From contig JAEKKP010000089.1 of NCBI GenBank assembly GCA_019510315.1, positions 1-40,640 of the forward strand: a DNA stretch of 40,640 bases, given 5' to 3'. The notes beneath the pieces were generated by a model. That model worked only from the letters and a program-made list of their open reading frames with translations, was not told the DNA's origin and searched no databases. The DNA is from Propionibacteriales bacterium. GTDB taxonomy: Bacteria; Actinomycetota; Actinomycetes; Propionibacteriales; Nocardioidaceae. The translations under genes and the position numbers were made by a program. This document shows positions 21,996 through 31,886 of the stretch, piece by piece. Numbering within the stretch: position 1 is the stretch's first letter; each line of letters begins with the position of its first letter.

Positions 21996-23444
21996 GTGCG
22001 TAGAGCAAAGATCGTGTGCACCCTCGGGCCGGCCACGTCGACGAAGGAGAGCATCCGTGCTCTCGTGGACGCCGGGATGGACGTCGCCCGGCTGAACCTG
22101 AGCCACGGCACCCATGCCGAGCACGAGGCGGTCTACCGCATGGTGCGCGAGGCCTCGGACGAGACCGGGCACGGCGTCGGCATCTTCGCCGACCTCCAGG
22201 GCCCGAAGATCCGCCTCGGCTGGTTCGCCCAGGGCAGCACCCGGCTGCAGACCGGCCAGTCGTTCACCATCACCACCCGCGACATCGCCGGCGACAACGA
22301 GATCGCTCCGACGACGTACGACGGCCTCCCCGGTGACGTGCACGAGGGCGACCAGATCCTCATCGACGACGGCAAGGTCCGGTTGCGGGTGACCGCGGTC
22401 GAGGGCACCGAGGTGCACACCACGGTCGTCGTCGGCGGCCGGGTCAGCGACCACAAGGGCATCAACCTGCCGGGTGTCCCGGTGAGCGTCCCGGCGATGT
22501 CGGAGAAGGACATCGAGGATCTCCGCTGGGCGCTGCACCTCACCGTCGACTTCATCGCGCTGTCGTTCGTGCGCTCGGCCAAGGACGTCGAGGACGTCCG
22601 CCAGGTCATGCGCGAGGAGGGCGTGCTGCTGCCCGTGATCGCGAAGATCGAGAAGCCGCAGGCGATCGACAACCTCGACGAGGTCGTGAAGGCGTTCGAC
22701 GGCTTCATGGTCGCCCGTGGCGACCTCGGCGTGGAGTGCCCCCTTGAGGACGTGCCGTTCCTGCAGAAGCGCGTCGTGGAGAAGGCACGCCGCAACGCCA
22801 AGCCGGTGATCGTCGCGACGCAGATGCTCGAGACGATGATCAGCAACCCGACGCCGACCCGTGCCGAGGCCTCCGACGTCGCGAACGCCGTTCTCGACGG
22901 TGCCGACGCGGTGATGCTGTCCGGCGAGACCAGTGTGGGGGAGTACCCCATCGAGACCGTCCGGACGATGGCCCGGATCATCACCTCGACCGAGCACCAC
23001 GAGCTCAGCAACATGGCCGCGATCGACTGGCAGCCGAAGACCCGCGGCGGCGTGATCGCCAAGGCGGCGGCGGAGGTTGCCGAACGAGTCGGCGCGAAGT
23101 ACCTCGTCGCCTTCACCCAGAGCGGTGACTCGGCCCGCCGGCTGGCGCGCTACCGCGGCTCGATCCCGGTGCTCGCGTTCACCCCCGAGGCCCAGGTGCG
23201 CTCCCAGCTCGCGATGACCTGGGGCGTCGAGACCTTCAAGACCGTCTCCGTCGAGCACACCGACGAGATGGTGCGCCAGGTCGACGAGCAGCTGCTCGCG
23301 ATCGGCCGCGTCGAGGAGGGCGACCTCGTGGTGATCATCGCCGGGAGTCCTCCGGGCATCCCCGGCTCGACCAACGCGCTGCGGATCCACCGGATGGGCG
23401 ACGCGATCAACGAGGTCGCTCCGGCGTACCGCCGACCCCGCTGA
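21996..23444 (+). CDS. pyk: Pyruvate kinase
   Basis: RRAKIVCTLGPA, DLQGPKIR, MVARGDLG, ATQMLE, PTRAEASD; TAGGGT 6 nt upstream (leaderless). Confidence 0.98.
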   Translation: MRRAKIVCTLGPATSTKESIRALVDAGMDVARLNLSHGTHAEHEAVYRMVREASDETGHGVGIFADLQGPKIRLGWFAQGSTRLQTGQSFTITTRDIAGDNEIAPTTYDGLPGDVHEGDQILIDDGKVRLRVTAVEGTEVHTTVVVGGRVSDHKGINLPGVPVSVPAMSEKDIEDLRWALHLTVDFIALSFVRSAKDVEDVRQVMREEGVLLPVIAKIEKPQAIDNLDEVVKAFDGFMVARGDLGVECPLEDVPFLQKRVVEKARRNAKPVIVATQMLETMISNPTPTRAEASDVANAVLDGADAVMLSGETSVGEYPIETVRTMARIITSTEHHELSNMAAIDWQPKTRGGVIAKAAAEVAERVGAKYLVAFTQSGDSARRLARYRGSIPVLAFTPEAQVRSQLAMTWGVETFKTVSVEHTDEMVRQVDEQLLAIGRVEEGDLVVIIAGSPPGIPGSTNALRIHRMGDAINEVAPAYRRPR

Positions 23445-23988
23445 GGCGGTCGAGCCATCGCCGGACCTCCGCGGCGCTGCGGAGCCGGACGACCGCCAGC
23501 TCGGGCCGTCGGCGCTGGACGTCGGCGATCCGCGCCGCTGCCGCGGGGTGTGAGGACCACGCCCACCGGATGATCTGCTCAGGGTCGGTCAGGACCCGCC
23601 GGAGCGGCCCTTCGAGGTTGCCGTTCCAGAGCCGCTCGCGTCGCACCCGGCGCCGCACGGTACGCCGGGTCACGCGCCACGTGGTCACCCTGCGCGGGAG
23701 GTCGAGCCAGACCATCAGGTCGCACCGGTCGAGCAGCAGCGGTCGCGCCGCGTCGTACTGCCACTCGATGACCCAGCGCTCACCGGCGGCGACTGCGCCG
23801 ACGTCGTCGAGGAACGTCTCGCGGGCAGTCCAGCCCGGCCCGTGGTAGAGCGAGTCGATCTCCGTGTACGGCAGGTCGAGCCGCGCCGCGAGGGTTCTGG
23901 CCACGGTGCTCTTGCCGGCACCCGACGCGCCGTTGATCACGATCCGCCGGGGCAGGAAGCCGACGGGATCGTCCGGGCCGAGAAGCAC
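23407..23988 (-). CDS. P-loop NTPase, adenylate kinase/topology modulation protein (FlaR)-like
   Basis: RRIVINGASGAGKST, EIDSLYHGPGW, WLDLP..RRERLWNGN; overlaps the pyk 3' end convergently by 38 bp. Confidence 0.85.
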   Translation of the reverse strand: MLLGPDDPVGFLPRRIVINGASGAGKSTVARTLAARLDLPYTEIDSLYHGPGWTARETFLDDVGAVAAGERWVIEWQYDAARPLLLDRCDLMVWLDLPRRVTTWRVTRRTVRRRVRRERLWNGNLEGPLRRVLTDPEQIIRWAWSSHPAAAARIADVQRRRPELAVVRLRSAAEVRRWLDRLSGVGGTPERPR

Positions 23989-23997
23989 CCGATCACC

Positions 23998-24774
23998 CTA
24001 GGACTTGAGACCGATGAGCTCGTCGAGCCTGGCCACCGCGGCACGGGTCGAGACCGACAAGGTCTTGTGGTTCGACCGACGCCACGGGATCTCGAGCAGG
24101 TCCAGGGCCTCGCCGCACCAACGCATGATCTCGGGCGACATGTTCGTGAACTGCCAGCGCGGGTAGTCGTAGCGCTTCTTCTCGCCAGCGACGGTCCGGG
24201 TCGCCCAGTTGTTCACACGGCAACCGTCGGAGTGGAACAGGCCGCGCAGGAAGTCGGCCGGGTACGCCTCGACGATGTCGCGCTGCCAATCCTCCATGCG
24301 CAGGCGCCTGGTGTGCTTGTAACCCGGACCGTGCTGGGGGAACAGGCACGGCCAGTGCTTCCACCAGGACGTGATGATGGTGCAGCTTGTCCTGCGCGTG
24401 GACGGACTACCACCTGGCTTCACCCTGCGCATCAGCTCGAGCACGTGCTGGTTGAGGACGACGTACCTGCTGTCATTGAACACGTGCAGGCCGAAGATCC
24501 CTCTTCTGAGAACAGTGATGGTCCCGTCGCCCAGATACCAGCCGAAGAGCTCCGAGTACGCCTGCTCATCCAGTACGGCACCGTCGCAGCGCGGACACGG
24601 CACCGAGTTGCTGAGCCCGCCACGACGCTTGCCGCGCCGCTGGTAGTCGCGCCGCCACCGACGGATCGTCTTGATGGTCACTCCATGGAGTGCTGCGTTG
24701 TCGGCGTCACGCATGCCGGCGTCGGACGCTCGCAAAGCGCTCTCCACCGTCTCGAGCGGCCTGATATGGACCAT
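23998..24774 (-). CDS. HTH + CxxC + double LAGLIDADG-like (DOD) endonuclease-fold protein
   Basis: N-terminal HTH (DADNAALHGVTIKTIRRWRR), CPRC, and two LAGLIDADG-like helices (YSELFGWYLGDG, DFLRGLFHSDG) about 100 aa apart. Confidence 0.8.
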   Translation of the reverse strand: MVHIRPLETVESALRASDAGMRDADNAALHGVTIKTIRRWRRDYQRRGKRRGGLSNSVPCPRCDGAVLDEQAYSELFGWYLGDGTITVLRRGIFGLHVFNDSRYVVLNQHVLELMRRVKPGGSPSTRRTSCTIITSWWKHWPCLFPQHGPGYKHTRRLRMEDWQRDIVEAYPADFLRGLFHSDGCRVNNWATRTVAGEKKRYDYPRWQFTNMSPEIMRWCGEALDLLEIPWRRSNHKTLSVSTRAAVARLDELIGLKS

Positions 24775-24806
24775 GCCTCGATGATCGAATGGGCCACCGA
24801 CAAGCG

Positions 24807-24890
24807 TGCCGGGTGTGGGACTTGAACCCACACGTCCTTTCGGACAATGGTGTTTGAGACCATCGCGTCTGCCGATTCCGCCAACCCGGC
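24807..24890 (-). tRNA. tRNA-Leu (anticodon CAA)
   Basis: GCCGGGT/ACCCGGC acceptor stem, anticodon arm ATGGT-CTCAAAC-ACCAT, long variable arm GTCCGAAAGGAC, GGTTCAAGTCC T-arm; CCA not encoded. Confidence 0.96.
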
Positions 24891-24936
24891 TGGGGCGTGC
24901 ATACGGTACCCGAGCGCCTCTCGATAGCCTGTGCCG

Positions 24937-25545
24937 GTGAGCCAGGAGAGCACGTCCGCCAGCGCGCCGAGCCGCCGCGTCATCATCGCGGAGGACGAGG
25001 CGCTGATCCGGATGGACCTCGGCGAGATGCTCGCCGAGGAGGGGTATGACGTGGTGGCGGCCGTCGAGGACGGCGAACAGGCGGTCGCGCGCGCCGAGGA
25101 GCTCCGGCCCGACCTCGTCATCCTGGACGTGAAGATGCCGCGCCTGGACGGCATCGCGGCAGCGCAGCAGATCGCGTCGCAGCGGATCGCACCGGTCGTG
25201 ATGCTCACCGCCTTCAGCCAGCGCGACCTCGTCGAGAGTGCGCGCGACGCAGGGGCGATGGCCTACCTGGTCAAGCCGTTCGGCAAGTCCGACCTGATGC
25301 CGGCGATCGAGATGGCGGTGAGCCGGTTCGCCGAGCTGCAGCAGCTCGAGGCAGAGGTCGCGGACCTGAGCGAGCGCCTCGAGACGCGCAAGGTGGTCGA
25401 CCGGGCGAAGGGCGTCCTTCAGGAGCAGCTGGGCCTCAGCGAGCCCGACGCCTTCCGCTGGATCCAGAAGACAGCGATGGACCTGCGCCTGTCAATGCGT
25501 GAAGTCGCCGACGGTGTCGTGGAGCACGGCGTCGACCTGCGCTAG
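24937..25545 (+). CDS. pdtaR: ANTAR-domain response regulator (PdtaR-like)
   Basis: IAEDEALIR, ILDVKMP, AYLVKPF receiver motifs plus ETRKVVDRAKGVL..AFRWIQKTAMD ANTAR domain; TAGCCT 6 nt upstream of GTG. Confidence 0.93.
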   Translation: MSQESTSASAPSRRVIIAEDEALIRMDLGEMLAEEGYDVVAAVEDGEQAVARAEELRPDLVILDVKMPRLDGIAAAQQIASQRIAPVVMLTAFSQRDLVESARDAGAMAYLVKPFGKSDLMPAIEMAVSRFAELQQLEAEVADLSERLETRKVVDRAKGVLQEQLGLSEPDAFRWIQKTAMDLRLSMREVADGVVEHGVDLR

Positions 25546-25596
25546 ACGGATCGGACCCGAAACCAGACCCGGAAGTTCCCGAATCTGCCCATTGCG

Positions 25597-25612
25597 GTCA
25601 CAACTTCGCAAC
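25597..25612 (+). promoter_or_regulatory. Possible GlnR/MtrA-type (OmpR family) box upstream of the liv operon
   Basis: GTCAC-n6-GCAAC resembles gTnAc-n6-GaAAc; a TG-extended -10 (TGCTAGCGT) lies near 25658-25666. Confidence 0.35.
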
Positions 25613-25728
25613 GGTCAGAATCGACCGGATCGCTTCGCTCCTTCGTCGATCCCGTGGTGCTAGCGTCCCGCACAACCCGTGATCGTGTCGAAGAGTTCGA
25701 TCGCATCCACCCCGACAACGGAGGAAAG

Positions 25729-26868
25729 ATGATCCGTTCCAAGAAGTCCCTGCGCGCGTTCGCTGCGCTCGCCGGCGTCGCTGCGCTCACCCTGAGTGCC
25801 TGTGGTTCGTCGAACGACAACAACAAGGGAACGACCGGCGACAACGGCGGCAGCAAGAGCGCCCTGTGCGGCAAGAACCTCGCGTTCCTCGGAGCGCTGA
25901 CTGGTGACGCCGGTGCTCTCGGCCAGAACATGGTCAACGGCATCAACCTGGCGCTCAAGCAGTACAACGACAAGAACGCCGACTGCAAGATCAGCCTGAA
26001 GACCTTCGACTCGCAGGGCAGCCCGGACAAGGCGCCGGCCCTGGCGACCCAGGTCATCAACGACGACTCGATCTTCGGCCTGATCGGCCCGGGCTTCTCG
26101 GGTGAGTCGCTGGCCACCGGCAAGACGTTCTTCGAGGCGGGCCTCCCGTCGATCTCTCCCTCGGCGACCAACGTCACCATCACCCAGCAGGGCTGGACGA
26201 CCTGGCACCGCGTGATCGGCAACGACGACGCCCAGGGTGCGGCCGACGCCAAGTACCTGACCGAGACGGCCGGCGCGAAGAAGGTCTACGTGATCGACGA
26301 CGGCCAGGACTACAGCAAGGGCCTCGCCGGCAAGGTGAAGTCCTCGCTCGGTGCGGCGGCCGTCGCCTCCGACCAGATCTCGGTGGGCCAGACCGACATG
26401 TCGGCCGTGGTCACCAAGGTCAAGGCATCGGGTGCCGACGCCGTGTTCTACGGCGGCTACTACACCGAGGCCGGTCTGCTGGCCAAGCAGCTGCGCCAGG
26501 GTGGCTTCACCGGCAAGTTCATGTCCGGTGACGGTTCCGAGGACCCGAACTTCGTCAAGGTCGCGGGTGCCGCGGCAGCGAACGGCGCGCTCCTCTCCGC
26601 CCCGGCCGGACCGGCTCCGGCCGGCTTCGCCGCGTCGGGTCTGTACGCCACCCAGGCGTACGACGCGACCAACATCTTCCTGGCAGCACTGGCCGCCGGG
26701 AAGGACAACGCCAAGGACATCAACGCGTTCATCGGCAGCTACACCGGCGACGGTGCGAGCGGCCCGATCGCGTTCGATGACAAGGGTGACATCAAGCAGT
26801 CGACCATCTACGTCTACAAGGTGGCCGACGGCAAGCTCGACGTCGACAACCCCGAGGCGATCAAGTAA
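25729..26868 (+). CDS. livK: Branched-chain amino acid ABC transporter substrate-binding lipoprotein
   Basis: Lipobox LSAC, GALTG..G, FDSQG, IGPGFSGES, ISPSATN; GGAGG RBS. Confidence 0.92.
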   Translation: MIRSKKSLRAFAALAGVAALTLSACGSSNDNNKGTTGDNGGSKSALCGKNLAFLGALTGDAGALGQNMVNGINLALKQYNDKNADCKISLKTFDSQGSPDKAPALATQVINDDSIFGLIGPGFSGESLATGKTFFEAGLPSISPSATNVTITQQGWTTWHRVIGNDDAQGAADAKYLTETAGAKKVYVIDDGQDYSKGLAGKVKSSLGAAAVASDQISVGQTDMSAVVTKVKASGADAVFYGGYYTEAGLLAKQLRQGGFTGKFMSGDGSEDPNFVKVAGAAAANGALLSAPAGPAPAGFAASGLYATQAYDATNIFLAALAAGKDNAKDINAFIGSYTGDGASGPIAFDDKGDIKQSTIYVYKVADGKLDVDNPEAIK

Positions 26869-26895
26869 CCGAGGCCCGTCTGCAGCACTCCGATA

Positions 26896-26929
26896 GGTTG
26901 CGGCCGGGAGGCGACTCCCGGCCGCAACC
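26896..26929 (+). terminator. Intercistronic hairpin after livK (mRNA stabiliser or partial terminator)
   Basis: Perfect 15-bp stem GGTTGCGGCCGGGAG/CTCCCGGCCGCAACC with a GCGA (GNRA) loop; no U tract. Confidence 0.75.
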
Positions 26930-26953
26930 GATCACCCTGGTGAGAGGACTCCG

Positions 26954-27970
26954 TTGGACCTCGGCGCGCTTTTCGGCAACTTCAACAACTTCCTCGACTT
27001 CACGGTCGGCGGACTCGTCATCGGTGCGATCTACGCGCTCGTCGCGCTGGGCTACACGATGGTGTACGGCGTCCTCCAGCTGATCAACTTCGCGCACTCC
27101 GAGGTCTTCATGTACGGGACCTTCGCCGTCGCGTGGACGTTCGTCCTCCTGCACGGCACCGGTGACGCGTCCTGGAGCCTGGGAAGGGCGGTCCCCATAC
27201 TGCTGGTCGCGCTGGTCGCGGCCATGCTCATGTCGGCGGCGATAGCCCTCCTGGTCGAACGCTTCGCCTACCGACCTCTCATCAACAAGAACGCCCCGAA
27301 GCTGATCGCCCTGATCTCGGCGATCGGTGCCTCGTTCGCACTCGCCGAGGCGATGGGTCTCCGCGACCGGTTCGCGAAGTGGTTCGGCCTCGACGACAAC
27401 CTCGCCAACTACGTCGCGCCGAACAAGGCGCGCGACGTGTACTCCAACCCCGTCTCGATCCAGCCACACGGGCTGTTCCACATCGGTGGCTACTCCGTCA
27501 CCGACGTCGACCTCGTCGTCGTCGTCGCGGCGCTCGTCATGATGTTCGCCCTCGACATCTTCGTCCGGCGCACCAAGTTCGGCCGCGGCATCCGGGCGGT
27601 GGCCCAGGATCCGGAGGCAGCCGCGCTGATGGGCGTGAACTCGACGCGCGTGGTGCAGGTGACCTTCCTGGTAGGCGGCCTGATGGCCGGCGCCGCAGCG
27701 ACGCTCTACATGATGAAGATCGGGTCCACCCGTCAGAACGCCGGCTTCCTCCTCGGCGTCAAGGCCTTCACCGCCGCCGTCATGGGCGGCATCGGCAACC
27801 TGCGGGGCGCGCTGCTCGGCGGGCTCCTGCTCGGCGTCATGGAGAACTGGGGATCGGCCGTGTTCGGGTCCGAGTGGAAGGACGTCGTGGCCTTCGTCCT
27901 GCTCGTCCTCATCCTGCTCGTCCGGCCGTCGGGCCTGCTCGGCGAGGCACTCGGAAAGGCGCGCGCATGA
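26954..27970 (+). CDS. livH: Branched-chain amino acid ABC transporter permease
   Basis: [44 protein letters not shown]. Confidence 0.95.
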   Translation: MDLGALFGNFNNFLDFTVGGLVIGAIYALVALGYTMVYGVLQLINFAHSEVFMYGTFAVAWTFVLLHGTGDASWSLGRAVPILLVALVAAMLMSAAIALLVERFAYRPLINKNAPKLIALISAIGASFALAEAMGLRDRFAKWFGLDDNLANYVAPNKARDVYSNPVSIQPHGLFHIGGYSVTDVDLVVVVAALVMMFALDIFVRRTKFGRGIRAVAQDPEAAALMGVNSTRVVQVTFLVGGLMAGAAATLYMMKIGSTRQNAGFLLGVKAFTAAVMGGIGNLRGALLGGLLLGVMENWGSAVFGSEWKDVVAFVLLVLILLVRPSGLLGEALGKARA

Positions 27971-29175
27971 CGACTACGCCGACTCCTCCGGTGAGCGCGC
28001 CCACCAACCCGCTCTTCAGGCTCGGCCTGTGGTGGGACGGCGTCATCGACCGCTACAACGCGCTGCCGAGGCTCTACAAGGTCGTGCTGGTGCTCGCGTT
28101 TGCGCTCTTCGTCTACGCACTGCCGCTCGTGCGGCCGCCGCTGATCGCCACCGACCGGATCGACTTCGGCGGGGTCATGTTCGCGTGCGCCGCGTACGCA
28201 CTGATCGCCCTTGGTCTCAACATCGTCATCGGGTACGCCGGCCTGCTCGACCTCGGCTACATCGGCTTCTACGCGGTCGGTGCCTACACGACCGGCGTGC
28301 TCACGTCGTACCACTGGGCCTGGCCGTTCTTCCTGGCACTGCCGGTGGCGGTCGCGGTGACGATGCTCACCGGTGTGATCCTCGGGGCCCCGACGCTGCG
28401 GGTCCGCGGTGACTACCTCGCCATCGTCACCCTCGGGTTCGGTGAGATCATCCGGATCTGCGTGAAGAACATCGAGTGGCTGGGCGCCTCGGCAGGCATC
28501 AAGGACATCAACCACCCGAACACCATCGGCCCGGCGCCGAAGCCGCCGTTCGACCCGGGCGGCTTGTTCGCGATCCCGCGCCTCGAGTGGAACGGCATCA
28601 CACCGTCGCTCGACCACGAGCACGCGACCCACTTCCTGGTCTTCGGTGCGCGCGACGCGATCCCGTACTACTGGCTGCTGCTGACCGCGCTGATCGTGGT
28701 GCTGCTCGGTGACCGGCTGGTCAAGGCCAGCCGGGTCGGCCGGGCCTGGGAAGCGACCCGCGAGGACGAGGACGCCGCCGAGCTGATGGGCGTGCCGACG
28801 TTCAAGTACAAGCTGATGGCGTTTGCCCTCGGTGCGGCGATCGGCGGTCTCTCCGGCGCGTTCTACGCCAGCAGCCAGAGCGGCTACATCAGCCCCGACA
28901 GCTTCCCGCTGGCGACCTCGTTCCTCTTCGTGGCGGCCGTGATCGTCGGCGGCTCGGGCAACCGCTGGGGTGCGATGGTCGGAGGCGTCCTGGTGGCCTA
29001 CCTGCCCGAACGCTTCCGTGACTTCGCCGACTACCGGCTCCTGGTCTTCGGGCTGGCGTTGACGGTGCTCGCGATCACGCGGCCTGAAGGCCTGCTGCCA
29101 CCGCGACGCACCCGCAGGGCGAAGATGATGGAAGCGGAGATCGAGCAGCTCGAGGAGGGACCCGTCGATGCCTGA
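27967..29175 (+). CDS. livM: Branched-chain amino acid ABC transporter permease
   Basis: [37 protein letters not shown]. Confidence 0.95.
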   Translation: MTTTPTPPVSAPTNPLFRLGLWWDGVIDRYNALPRLYKVVLVLAFALFVYALPLVRPPLIATDRIDFGGVMFACAAYALIALGLNIVIGYAGLLDLGYIGFYAVGAYTTGVLTSYHWAWPFFLALPVAVAVTMLTGVILGAPTLRVRGDYLAIVTLGFGEIIRICVKNIEWLGASAGIKDINHPNTIGPAPKPPFDPGGLFAIPRLEWNGITPSLDHEHATHFLVFGARDAIPYYWLLLTALIVVLLGDRLVKASRVGRAWEATREDEDAAELMGVPTFKYKLMAFALGAAIGGLSGAFYASSQSGYISPDSFPLATSFLFVAAVIVGGSGNRWGAMVGGVLVAYLPERFRDFADYRLLVFGLALTVLAITRPEGLLPPRRTRRAKMMEAEIEQLEEGPVDA

Positions 29176-29956
29176 CACGGCCAAGCTGCTCGAGGTGGAC
29201 GACGTCACCATCAGGTTCGGTGGCCTGACTGCGCTCGACTCGGTCACCTTCGACATCCGCGAGGGGGAGATCCTCGGCCTGATCGGACCGAACGGCGCCG
29301 GCAAGACCACGTGCTTCAACGTGATGACCGGCGTCTACCAGGCGACCTCAGGGCAGGTGCGCTTCGACGGCGCTCCGCTGGCCAAGCTGAAGCGGCACAA
29401 GATCACCAAGCTCGGCATCGCCCGCACGTTCCAGAACATCCGGCTGTTCAAGTCGATGACCGTGCTCGAGAACGTCATGGTGGGCGCCGACGCGCACAGC
29501 AAGGTCGGCTTCTGGGACGCGCTGCTGCGCACTCCTCGCCACCGGCACACCGAGGAGGAGTCGACGACACGGGCCAAGGAGCTGCTGAAGATCGTCGGGA
29601 TCACGGCACGCCACGACGAGCTCGCCGCGAACCTCTCGTACGGCGACCAGCGTCGCCTCGAGATCGCCAGGGCGATGGCCACCGGTCCGAAGCTGCTCTG
29701 CCTCGACGAGCCGGCAGCGGGCTTCAACCCGGCCGAGAAGGTCAAGCTGATGGACCTGATCCGCAAGGTCCGCGACCAGGGCTACACCGTCCTGCTGATC
29801 GAGCACGACATGCGCCTGGTCATGGGCGTGACGGACCGGATCGTGGTCCTCGAGTTCGGCCGGAAGATCGCCGAGGGTGCGCCCGAGGAGATCCGCGACA
29901 ACCCGGCCGTGATCGCGGCGTACCTCGGAGTGGAAGAAGACGAAGATGCTTCTTGA
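29168..29956 (+). CDS. livG: Branched-chain amino acid ABC transporter ATPase
   Basis: [39 protein letters not shown]. Confidence 0.95.
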   Translation: MPDTAKLLEVDDVTIRFGGLTALDSVTFDIREGEILGLIGPNGAGKTTCFNVMTGVYQATSGQVRFDGAPLAKLKRHKITKLGIARTFQNIRLFKSMTVLENVMVGADAHSKVGFWDALLRTPRHRHTEEESTTRAKELLKIVGITARHDELAANLSYGDQRRLEIARAMATGPKLLCLDEPAAGFNPAEKVKLMDLIRKVRDQGYTVLLIEHDMRLVMGVTDRIVVLEFGRKIAEGAPEEIRDNPAVIAAYLGVEEDEDAS

Positions 29957-30665
29957 GGTGGACGGCCTCTGTGTGAACTACGGGCACATCGAGGCGATCC
30001 GGGACATCAGCTTCGGTGTCGAGGAGGGCACCGTCACGTCACTGATCGGCGCCAACGGTGCCGGCAAGTCCACGACGCTCAAGACGATCTCCGGCCTGCG
30101 CAAGGTCAGGGCCGGCACGATCACCTTCGACGGCAAGGACATCACCCACGCCCGTCCGTTCGAGCGTGTGCTCATGGGCATCAGTCAGTCACCCGAGGGG
30201 CGCGGCTGCTTTCCCGGCATGACCGTGCTGGAGAACCTCGACATGGGTGCCTTCGTGCGCAAGGACCGCAAGTCGGCGGCGTACCGGTCCGACCTCGACC
30301 GGGTCTTCGACCTGTTTCCCCGGCTGAAGGAGCGCGAGCGCCAGGCCGCCGGGAGCATGTCCGGCGGCGAGCAGCAGATGCTGGCGATCGGCCGCGCCCT
30401 GATGGCCAAGCCGCGCCTGCTCCTGCTCGACGAGCCGTCGATGGGCCTCGCGCCCAAGCTGATCCAGCAGATCTTCACGATCGTCACCGAGATCAACCAG
30501 CAGGGCACCACGGTGCTCCTCGTGGAGCAGAACGCTGCCCAGGCGCTCAAGCGGTCCGACAATGCCCACATCCTCGAGACGGGCGAGATCGTCCGCTCCG
30601 GGACCGGCCACGAGCTCGCCGGCGACGACTCGGTCAAGGCTGCCTACCTCGGCGGAGACCTCTGA
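29946..30665 (+). CDS. livF: Branched-chain amino acid ABC transporter ATPase
   Basis: GANGAGKST, PEGR, MSGGEQQMLAIGRALM, LDEPSMGLAP, VEQN. Confidence 0.95.
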   Translation: MLLEVDGLCVNYGHIEAIRDISFGVEEGTVTSLIGANGAGKSTTLKTISGLRKVRAGTITFDGKDITHARPFERVLMGISQSPEGRGCFPGMTVLENLDMGAFVRKDRKSAAYRSDLDRVFDLFPRLKERERQAAGSMSGGEQQMLAIGRALMAKPRLLLLDEPSMGLAPKLIQQIFTIVTEINQQGTTVLLVEQNAAQALKRSDNAHILETGEIVRSGTGHELAGDDSVKAAYLGGDL

Positions 30666-30785
30666 CCCGAGTCAATGAGCACGCTCACATCGGTGCTTGC
30701 TGGGGGCTTACCCCGGCACCCTACGGCGGCGTAGTGTGTGCGCCGTTGACCAGTCGGACCACCACGGGGGTTGGAGGAGCCGTCG

Positions 30786-31391
30786 ATGTCCCGTTGCGCG
30801 CTTGACGTCCGAGACGCACGTCCGGAGGACGTGCTGGAGCTGCTGCGCCTGTGGGCGCACGACCGACGCGGACTCGACGACGACACGCCGCGACCGGTCG
30901 ACGAGGCGACGAAGTCGCTGGCCCAGATCGCGGCCGACCCCGACGAGCGGATGCTGGTGGGCTTCGCCGACGGCCGTCTTGTCGCGTCCGTGCATCTGAG
31001 GCGCGCGCCGCTGAGCCCGCTGCACGGCGACACGGCGATCCACACGTCGTACCTCCACGTGCACCCCGAGCACCGCCGTCGGGGCTACGCCCGTGCGCTC
31101 CTCGACGCAGCGCTGGCGTGGGCCGAGGAGAAGGACGTCTCGCACATCACGGCGATCACGACCAGCAACTCACGTGACACCAACCGCTTCCTTGCGCGCC
31201 TCGGGCTCGGCACGGCCGCCACGATCCGGGTCGCGACAACGGCGTCGATGCGGCGCAAGCTCGCGCCGGAGGTGATGCGCAGCCCCGACGCGCGCCGCCA
31301 GCTGGGCCGGGTGCTCGCCCAGCGCCGCTCCATCCAGCGCCGGACCGCCCAGCGTGGCCTGGGCCAGTCGCTGCCCGACTCCGCGGAGTAG
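30786..31391 (+). CDS. GNAT family N-acetyltransferase
   Basis: LHVHPEHRRRGYARALL acetyl-CoA motif A, N..F..LG motif B; GGAGGAG RBS. Confidence 0.85.
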   Translation: MSRCALDVRDARPEDVLELLRLWAHDRRGLDDDTPRPVDEATKSLAQIAADPDERMLVGFADGRLVASVHLRRAPLSPLHGDTAIHTSYLHVHPEHRRRGYARALLDAALAWAEEKDVSHITAITTSNSRDTNRFLARLGLGTAATIRVATTASMRRKLAPEVMRSPDARRQLGRVLAQRRSIQRRTAQRGLGQSLPDSAE

Positions 31392-31394
31392 CCC

Positions 31395-31823
31395 TCAGCT
31401 GTACTTCTGCGCCGGGATCAGCGCGCAGGTGATCCGCGACGTGCACACCCGCCGCCCGTCCTCGTCGGTGATCACCACCTCGTACGCCGCGGAGCTGCGG
31501 CCCAGGTGGATCGCCGTCGCGGTCCCGGTGACGACGCCGCTGGTGGCGGCGCGATGGTGGGTGGCGTTGATGTCGACACCGACCGACAGCTTGTCGGGCA
31601 GAGCGTGCAACGCCGAGCCGACGGAGCCGAGGGTCTCGGCGAGCGCGACGGAGGCGCCTCCGTGGAGGAGCCCGTAGGGCTGGGTGTTCCCGGAGACCGG
31701 CATGGTCGCCACGACCCGTTCGGCCGAGATCTCGAGGAGCTCGATCCCCAGCTTCTCGTTGAGGGCGCCCATGCCCTGCGGCATCTTCGCGAGGAACTCC
31801 TCGACGTCGAGTTCGGTGCTCAT
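31395..31823 (-). CDS. PaaI/hotdog-fold thioesterase (MenI-like)
   Basis: NTQPYGLLHGGASVALAETLGS, VGVDINATHH. Confidence 0.92.
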   Translation of the reverse strand: MSTELDVEEFLAKMPQGMGALNEKLGIELLEISAERVVATMPVSGNTQPYGLLHGGASVALAETLGSVGSALHALPDKLSVGVDINATHHRAATSGVVTGTATAIHLGRSSAAYEVVITDEDGRRVCTSRITCALIPAQKYS

Positions 31824-31886
31824 GGAACCCATCCTCCCGGTTGGTGCTGTCACGCCACTGTCGGGGGCACCCATTAGGGTCGGGAC

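Noticed and set aside
23407-24890. Integrative element or prophage at tRNA-Leu
   Set aside because: No integrase and no duplicated tRNA 3' end found by eye; core gene pyk resumes within 1.4 kb
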